NCBI GenBank assembly: GCA_963780185.1
Contig: CAWABA010000007.1
Coordinates: forward strand, 32,001-96,000
Direction: 5' to 3'
Source of the DNA: Candidatus Bathyarchaeota archaeon
Lineage (GTDB): Archaea > Thermoproteota > Bathyarchaeia > Bathyarchaeales > Bathycorpusculaceae
Length of the DNA stretch: 64,000 bases
Within the stretch, counting starts at the first letter, position 1. Each line of letters opens with the position of its first letter. The notes beneath the pieces were generated by a model. It did no database searches. It was not told the origin of the DNA and saw only the letters and a program-made list of their open reading frames with translations. The translations under genes and the position numbers were made by a program. Below, in pieces: positions 58,041-64,000 of this stretch.

Positions 58041-58991
58041 TTGGGGACCCAGATGGCCTACGATGAAAACGCCATTTTAGACACAATTGCGAAGGTAAGC
58101 AAAACCGCAGTTAACATAAGCACGGTAAAGCTGGTGCATAACATTTTCTATCAGGCGGTGCCGGTTGCTGGGACGGGGTCAGGCACCATAATTGATTCGT
58201 CGGGACTGATTTTAACGAATAATCATGTGGTAGGCGGCGCCCAAAACATCAATGTTACTTTGGGCAGCAACGAAGTGGTTGAAGGAACAATCGTAGGGTC
58301 CTGCGCTGTCCACGATATAGCTGTGGTTAAGGTTGATGGGGAGGGACGGAATCTTCAGGCGGCAGAGCTGGGCGATTCGGATAAGATTAGGGTTGGGCAA
58401 AGAGTCTACGCCATCGGCAACCCTTTCGGGTTGGCTGGAGGTCCAAGCGTAACCTCAGGGGTCATCAGCGCAATCAACAGAACAATAGAGTCCCAAAGCG
58501 GCTTGATAGAGAACCTTGTTCAAACTGATGCGTCAATTAATCCTGGCAACAGCGGCGGCCCGCTTGTTGACGTCACAGGTAAAGTGATAGCAATAAACGC
58601 CGCGATTATCCCGTTTGCCCAAGGCATCGGCTTCGCCATCCCCGTAAACTCAGCAAAGACATGCGCCGACGAAATCGTCATAGGAGGCACCGTGAAAAGG
58701 CCATGGCTTGGAATAGTTGGCTTAACTCTGAATAGACAGATCGCAGGTTACTATGGGCTGCCTGTGGACCACGGAGTCTTAGTTGCCCGGGTCGCCGAGG
58801 GTAGCCCTGCGGAATCCGCTGGAATGGCTGAAGGGGACATCATCTTGGAAATAAGCAACGCTGAAACGCGGAGAATCGAAGATTTGGTCGACGAGATTCA
58901 TGGGAAGAGAGTCGGCGAAGTCGTTAGAATCCTTGCGGTACGTAACGGCAGGAAACATTTGTTTGAGTTAAAACTGAGTGAGGCGCCTTAG
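58041..58991 (+). CDS. HtrA/DegP-like serine protease with a PDZ domain
   Basis: TNNHVV, DIAVV, TDASINPGNSGGPL, PWLGI, GSPA..AG...GD. Confidence 0.92.
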   Translation: MGTQMAYDENAILDTIAKVSKTAVNISTVKLVHNIFYQAVPVAGTGSGTIIDSSGLILTNNHVVGGAQNINVTLGSNEVVEGTIVGSCAVHDIAVVKVDGEGRNLQAAELGDSDKIRVGQRVYAIGNPFGLAGGPSVTSGVISAINRTIESQSGLIENLVQTDASINPGNSGGPLVDVTGKVIAINAAIIPFAQGIGFAIPVNSAKTCADEIVIGGTVKRPWLGIVGLTLNRQIAGYYGLPVDHGVLVARVAEGSPAESAGMAEGDIILEISNAETRRIEDLVDEIHGKRVGEVVRILAVRNGRKHLFELKLSEAP

Positions 58992-59009
58992 CGCATCGAT
59001 AGAATTGAG

Positions 59010-59444
59010 GTGCATATTTTGAGTCAAAATGAAATCAAGGAAATCCTGCAGAAATACAGAGTTATCGCGGTTGTCGGCTTATCGAAAGAGCTTGGGAAAG
59101 ACAGCCACAGAGTCAGCGCCTACCTAAAACAACATGGCTACCGCATCATACCCATCAACCCGTTCGCAGAAGAGGTTCTTGGAGAAAAAAGCTACCCGAG
59201 TCTGCTTGACATCCCGCCTGAAATCCAGAAAACGATCGAAATCGTCGACGTCTTCCGACGGGCAGAAGATGTGCCATCGATAATGGAGCAAGCCATCAAG
59301 CTTAAGCAGAAGAATGGAAAACCATTCGTGGTTTGGCTGCAACTTGGAATAGCCAACGAAGAAGCTGCTGAAGCGGGCAGACGTGCGGGTTTGATTGTTG
59401 TTATGGATAGGTGCTTGATGGTTGAACATCATCATTTAGTATAG
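59010..59444 (+). CDS. CoA-binding protein (YccU-like)
   Basis: IAVVGLS, GY.IIP.NP, VDVFR, WLQLGI, VMDRC. Confidence 0.9.
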   Translation: MHILSQNEIKEILQKYRVIAVVGLSKELGKDSHRVSAYLKQHGYRIIPINPFAEEVLGEKSYPSLLDIPPEIQKTIEIVDVFRRAEDVPSIMEQAIKLKQKNGKPFVVWLQLGIANEEAAEAGRRAGLIVVMDRCLMVEHHHLV

Positions 59445-59619
59445 GCTGGATTTTCCTTATCGCGCCAAGTTCTAAGGAACAACTGTAGCGATAAATACGA
59501 TTATTTGAGGTTAAGTTCACCCGAGAAATCATTCTTGTGCACAAAGATACAAAAATGCTCTATGTTATGATATTAACATAAAATAATATATACAAATAGA
59601 ATCAGCTACCACTTTAAGG

Positions 59620-60057
59620 GTGGATTTGGTAGAATTGTACTTAAAAAAAGGCGTGATAGCCATCAGTTTCTTGTTATTACTATGTTTACTCGCCCCACTA
59701 ACATTTTTCCATGAAGCCAAAGCTTTATCAACAGAATACCCAAACCAAAGCGCCGCAGCATCCGCTGCACTCAATTATCAATCGCAAGGATACAAAGTCT
59801 GGATATACCCAGATCCAACGTCTTCGAACCCAAATCAATGGAATTGCGTTTGGCTTCCTGCCACTGATCCATCACCGACGATACCTAGAGGCGTCACTTA
59901 CTATTTTTATGACGCACCCGCTTATCCTGACGCCCCTCCTGACCCGCCTTTCGAGCTTTCTGACCAAGCACCAATATTAGCTCTTGCTGCTGCTGTGATC
60001 GCGTTAGTAGGATTTACCGCATACAAACGCAAATACAAAAAACTCCCACAAAAGTAA
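59620..60057 (+). CDS. secreted or membrane-anchored hypothetical protein
   Basis: Signal-like N-terminus, Pro-rich middle, C-terminal TM plus KRKYKK. Confidence 0.6.
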   Translation: MDLVELYLKKGVIAISFLLLLCLLAPLTFFHEAKALSTEYPNQSAAASAALNYQSQGYKVWIYPDPTSSNPNQWNCVWLPATDPSPTIPRGVTYYFYDAPAYPDAPPDPPFELSDQAPILALAAAVIALVGFTAYKRKYKKLPQK

Positions 60058-60130
60058 AGAAACGAATTTACCCCCTTTTGGATGGGCCAATTCAATTTCA
60101 ATAATGGACTCAGCCGATTTTTCACTGTGT

Positions 60131-60610
60131 CTAAATAATTTGTTCCAGAGCTTTCTGAATCTCCGTATAGTTGGGCTCGACTGATGGGTCGTCTGAAACC
60201 CAAACGTAGCGGACCACGCCTTTGCTGTCCAAGATGAATATGGAGCGTTTCGCAACAGTGTACCCTTTGAGCCCTGCGAAGTCTTGAAGCTCTAACCCGT
60301 ATTTTTTGACGGTTTCGCGGCTGTAGTCGCTTAGAACTGGGAAAGGCAACCTGTTTTTCTCCACAAAAGCTTTGTTGCTAAACGGGTCGTTAACGCTTAT
60401 CCCGACAACTTGCGCTTCTAGGTCCGTTAGCCGAGTCATCGAATCCCGGAATTCGCACATCTCTTTTGTGCATGTCGCGGTGAAGGCTCCGACGAAAAAA
60501 GCCAAAACAACTTTTCGCCCTAAAAACTCCTTAAGGCTTCTTGGCTTCTTGTCAGTGTCAGAAAGGGTAAAATTAGGTGCCATATCGCCAACTTTGACTG
60601 TTGTGTCCAT
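60131..60610 (-). CDS. peroxiredoxin (BCP/PrxQ-like)
   Basis: AP.F.L, AFT.TCTKEMC, GISV.D, R..FI.D..G. Confidence 0.9.
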   Translation of the reverse strand: MDTTVKVGDMAPNFTLSDTDKKPRSLKEFLGRKVVLAFFVGAFTATCTKEMCEFRDSMTRLTDLEAQVVGISVNDPFSNKAFVEKNRLPFPVLSDYSRETVKKYGLELQDFAGLKGYTVAKRSIFILDSKGVVRYVWVSDDPSVEPNYTEIQKALEQII

Positions 60611-60665
60611 AAGATTCAAGTCCTAAATTCTAGGAAACAAGAGGCGTATAAATGGATAGTGTTTC

Positions 60666-61325
60666 TTAGCCAAACTCGAAAGCGCATGGACAAATCTTGT
60701 TCAAGACGCATGCGTCGCATTTAGGTTTCTTTGCAGTGCAGACTTGCCGTCCATGGAAAATCAGCAGGTCGGTGAGTTTCATCCATTTCTCTTTCGGCGT
60801 GATTTGCATTAGGTCCTGCTCTATTTTTGCCGCGTCATCGTTTTCAGTTAAGCCAAGCCGTTGCGAAAGCCTGTGGACATGGGTATCAACCGCTACGCCA
60901 GCGACTATGCCAAATGAGTTGTTTAGCACGATGTTGGCTGTTTTTCTTGCCACGCCAGGCAGCTCCACCAGTTCCTCCATTGTTTTCGGCACTTGAGAAT
61001 GGAATTTTTCCACGAGCATTCGGCAGCAGTTTTGCAGGTTTCTGGCTTTGTTGTGGTAGAAGCCTGTTGAATGTATGTCTTGCTCGAGCTCTTTTATGTC
61101 GGCGTTTGCATAGTCTTCGGGTGTGTGGTATTTTTTGAATAGGCTTTGGGTTACTTTGTTGACTTGTGCGTCGGTTGTTTGGGCGGAAAGCATGGTGGCG
61201 ACAAGCATTTCCAGCGGGTTGGAGTAGTTGAGGGCGGTTTTTGCGTCGGGAAACTGCTTTTCAAGTAACTCGATGATTTTTGCGACGCGGGCTTTTGGGT
61301 CAAGGTAGATTTCGGGTTTTTTCAT
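60666..61325 (-). CDS. nth: endonuclease III
   Basis: LSAQTTD, LPGVARKTAN, VDTHV.R, C-x6-C-x2-C-x5-C. Confidence 0.95.
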   Translation of the reverse strand: MKKPEIYLDPKARVAKIIELLEKQFPDAKTALNYSNPLEMLVATMLSAQTTDAQVNKVTQSLFKKYHTPEDYANADIKELEQDIHSTGFYHNKARNLQNCCRMLVEKFHSQVPKTMEELVELPGVARKTANIVLNNSFGIVAGVAVDTHVHRLSQRLGLTENDDAAKIEQDLMQITPKEKWMKLTDLLIFHGRQVCTAKKPKCDACVLNKICPCAFEFG

Positions 61326-61533
61326 TTTGATGCCTCTCAGAAGAAATGGGAGTTGGCAATATGAGATTACCGGGGGCGGCAATAAAAGATTTTTGACAAC
61401 TAAAACATTTGACGGTTTAACATTTGTTTAGTAATTGTTGTTTATTCTTTAAATTTGACGAGTGTCAGTCGGGTATCATAGCGCAATGTTTATATGATTT
61501 CTAATAATCTGAAAATACGTAAATTCACCTGAA

Positions 61534-62100
61534 GTGAAATCCATGGTTAACCCGACAAGAGTAACAGTCGCCTTCGACAAAACCACAGCCGACCTGTTGG
61601 AAAGAATAAGCAAAGAATCAGAAGTCTCGCAGAGCGAAATCATGCGGCGCGCCCTAAAATTCTACAACGAAAACATGGCGCTCGAAGACCCCGCAGTAAA
61701 GAAAAAAATCCACGGCTACATGGATATGCTTCTAGGCGGCGAACACATAATCCTCGACGTTGACCACTGGCTCATGTTCCTAAGCCTCATTGCTTCCTCC
61801 CCTGAAAAAGAAAAGTTCTGGAGCGAACACAGAGAGTTAGCCAGAGCTCACTGGGAACAGCTAAAAACAAAGGTCCGCTCTCCCGAAGAAATGTTAACCC
61901 GCCTTGAAGTCTGCAACTTTTACCGCCTCACAAAAAACGCGCCAAACGACTACACGCTCGTTTTGGTTTCTGAGATGTCGAAGGATTTCATCAGGGTTTT
62001 CCTTGAAGAGTATTTCTCAGCCATGGGCGTCAAAGCGGAAATAAAAGAAAACCTAACTAAGCTTCGAGTTACCATAAAGCCTTCCTCGCCCAGAATATAG
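61534..62100 (+). CDS. CopG/RHH regulator with a C-terminal ligand-binding-like domain
   Basis: RVTVAFD...SQSEIMRRAL; GEH.ILDVDHW. Confidence 0.75.
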   Translation: MKSMVNPTRVTVAFDKTTADLLERISKESEVSQSEIMRRALKFYNENMALEDPAVKKKIHGYMDMLLGGEHIILDVDHWLMFLSLIASSPEKEKFWSEHRELARAHWEQLKTKVRSPEEMLTRLEVCNFYRLTKNAPNDYTLVLVSEMSKDFIRVFLEEYFSAMGVKAEIKENLTKLRVTIKPSSPRI

Positions 62101-62161
62101 GGTCCTCTTTCGCGCAAGCTTTTTACTTTCAATTTACTTAGCAGTAAGCAGGTGGAAACGG

Positions 62162-62311
62162 TTGAGTCTAAAACTGAAAGTTGACGGAAAAGAAATACCT
62201 CTAAACGAGTTCGTGGAAAAAATCATGAACGGAACAATAATTGGCGCGGTAACTTCCTTGCGCGGAATAAAAGATGATTGGAAAAAAATCGAGATAGAAA
62301 TCCAGAAATAG
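62162..62311 (+). CDS. 49-aa protein resembling the MobB C-terminal domain
   Basis: MSLKLKVDGKEIPLNEFVEKIMNGTIIGAVTSLRGIKDDWKKIEIEIQK; AGGTGG upstream. Confidence 0.7.
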   Translation: MSLKLKVDGKEIPLNEFVEKIMNGTIIGAVTSLRGIKDDWKKIEIEIQK

Positions 62312-62312
62312 T

Positions 62313-62879
62313 TTAGCCTTTGAATTCAACTGAGCTTTCTATTTCGGCAAACATTTCCTTTTTGGCTTTGCATATCGGGCAGACGTATGGCGGGTCCTCC
62401 CTGTATACTACGTAGCCGCATTGTTTGCAGTACCAAAGTTTCTTTTTGACCGCTGGCTGAGTTTTCGCTGCTTCGGCTGTGGCTGTCGCGGGTTTTTCTT
62501 GGTTTGCGGCAGATACTTGTTTGGATGGGGCTGCTTGGGATGCGTAGGCTCTTGCCATCTTTTCTGGGGGTCTTCGCTCTGGGACGTCGGGCAGGTTTTG
62601 GCTTTCGTAGACTTGTTTGTTGACGTAGAGTCGGCAGTAGCAGGAGCCGTATTGTGCGACGTCTGGGTCTCGGTAGTCGCAGGGGCAGATGATGTCGCGG
62701 TCGAATTCGAAGTTGCCTGAAGTTAGCCTGCAGGGGCACAGCGGGTAGCCGTAGCGGTCTTCGTTTATTTTTAAGCCTTCAAGGAAGCCTTGGCGCAAAT
62801 CGGGTTGAGGGGTCAGGTAGTACCCGTAGGTTTTTGCGTCTGCTTCGGCTCTTTTGCGGACTTCCTCAAGGCTGGTCAA
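62313..62879 (-). CDS. ferredoxin:thioredoxin reductase catalytic domain plus rubredoxin-like domain
   Basis: CPCR, CPC, CYC motifs; C-terminal CKQCGY...CPIC. Confidence 0.9.
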   Translation of the reverse strand: MTSLEEVRKRAEADAKTYGYYLTPQPDLRQGFLEGLKINEDRYGYPLCPCRLTSGNFEFDRDIICPCDYRDPDVAQYGSCYCRLYVNKQVYESQNLPDVPERRPPEKMARAYASQAAPSKQVSAANQEKPATATAEAAKTQPAVKKKLWYCKQCGYVVYREDPPYVCPICKAKKEMFAEIESSVEFKG

Positions 62880-63160
62880 ATTTCAAGTGCCTCTTTGAGT
62901 TTGTCTTTGCGGAAACCCGTAATCAAAACCTTGTCATCCACGATCGTAGTGGGGTAGCTAAGCATGCCGCCCATATTCTCGATTGTCTGATGGATTTTCT
63001 GCTTGTCTTTCTCGTCGGCTAAGTCAACGTCAACGTATTCGTATTCGATGTTGTTCTCGCTTAGGTACTGCTTTGTCATTTTGCACCAAACGCAGGTGCT
63101 TAAAGCATAGAGGAAAACTTTGTGCTTACTGTTTTTACCAGAAACCTTAGAAATATTCAT
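62876..63160 (-). CDS. glutaredoxin-like protein
   Basis: LSTCVWC, S.PT, GF; overlaps the FTR gene. Confidence 0.9.
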   Translation of the reverse strand: MNISKVSGKNSKHKVFLYALSTCVWCKMTKQYLSENNIEYEYVDVDLADEKDKQKIHQTIENMGGMLSYPTTIVDDKVLITGFRKDKLKEALEI

Positions 63161-63294
63161 GTCAAAACAACTCCTATAAACAGTTGCTTGAGGGGGAATA
63201 TAACTTTTTATATCAACTTCAAATCCAAAGTCACATTTTGGTTCTATTAGCTGTGTTTAAGGAACCCTATAGTTTGCTGCTTTTGAAAAGTAGG

Positions 63295-63438
63295 AAAATA
63301 CTCCATCATCATCTTCATCATCAACAACAACTGCACAGACCGCTTAGCTTAGATTTCTCGCAGATTTTCTTTTTTCGTCCCGGCTACCCCTACGGTTTCT
63401 TATAGGATCCAAATAGCCTCATCTAGCAGAGCCAAATA
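63295..63438 (-). repeat. dispersed intergenic element, copy 3
   Basis: Reverse complement TATTTGGCTCTGCTAGATGAGGCTATTTGGATCCTATAAGAAACCGTAGGGGTAG..CGAAAAAAGAAAA..GCTAAGC..TTGTTGTTGATGATG..GATGGAG. Confidence 0.88.
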
Positions 63439-63480
63439 CACTCGGTTCCCGCCATTTTACACAAGTTTTGACTGTGAGGC

Positions 63481-64000
63481 TTAGGCTGGCTTGAGGTTGC
63501 CAAAAGCGTTCTGAACAACCTCTGACAGGGCAGGGTGAATATGCATGCCTTGGGCGATGGGAGCGAAGGTTCCAGTTTCAGAAACCATCGCGTTGACGAC
63601 TTCCTGAATCAGGATAGCAGCTTCGGGCCCAATGATGTGCCCACCCAGAATTTTGCCGTTTTCGGCGTCAACAATTACTTTTACGAATCCTTCTGGAAAA
63701 CCCATTGCAGCGCCCATCGCCGTATCCTGATAAAGAGCGGTTCCAACGTCAATTTTGGGGTGCAGCTGTTTGGCTTCGGCTTCTTTTAAGCCGACGGAGG
63801 CAACTTGCGGATGCGTGAAAACTGCGTGGGGCGCCGCTGCGAAATCCATGGGGACTTTGTGGTTGTGGATGGAGTTGTGCCAAGCTATCCCGGCTTCGAA
63901 GTTGGCTACGTGTTTGAACATTTGTTTGCCTATGGCGTCGCCGAAAGCCCAAATGTTTGGCTTGTTAGTTTCAAGGTACTCGTTGACTTTGATGAAGTTG
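63481..64000 (-). CDS. pyridine nucleotide-disulfide oxidoreductase (lipoamide dehydrogenase/mycothione reductase-like), 3' part
   Basis: WAFGD, FKH.AN, P.AVFT.PQVASVG, HIHPALSE. Confidence 0.88.
   Translation of the reverse strand, partial: NFIKVNEYLETNKPNIWAFGDAIGKQMFKHVANFEAGIAWHNSIHNHKVPMDFAAAPHAVFTHPQVASVGLKEAEAKQLHPKIDVGTALYQDTAMGAAMGFPEGFVKVIVDAENGKILGGHIIGPEAAILIQEVVNAMVSETGTFAPIAQGMHIHPALSEVVQNAFGNLKPA

Noticed and set aside
63184-63405. His/Gln-rich 73-aa ORF
   Set aside because: The CAT/CAA tract is the reverse strand of the dispersed element's triplet tail

Overview
Archaeal chromosomal segment of TACK type. Gene content (cdc48, aEF-1beta, fen, aNAC, aMBF1, trm56, non-catalytic psmB, an arcadin-1-like gene) and frequent TTG starts suggest Bathyarchaeia; this taxonomic call is an inference. 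The first ~42 kb is mostly housekeeping (NAD synthesis, tRNA modification, proS, thrS, ilvE, glmS) with scattered accessory genes, including a pentameric ligand-gated ion channel homolog and toxin-antitoxin pieces. From 42 to 64 kb the window is more accessory: a tRNA-Arg(CCG) followed by two integrase-less islets, each closed by a copy of the tRNA 3' end; a PQQ-propeller/GT39 fusion; a tandem array of Em/GsiB(KGG)-like hydrophilins; and a redox-stress cluster. Non-coding signals include a three-copy dispersed ~70-140 bp element, a second 34-bp dispersed repeat and palindromic operators. Several genes are split by small indels in or beside AGCT, and hflX is joined in frame to trm56, so some anomalies may be sequencing artefacts. 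No CRISPR array, rRNA, integrase or transposase was seen. Product calls come from motif recognition by eye, not database searches.
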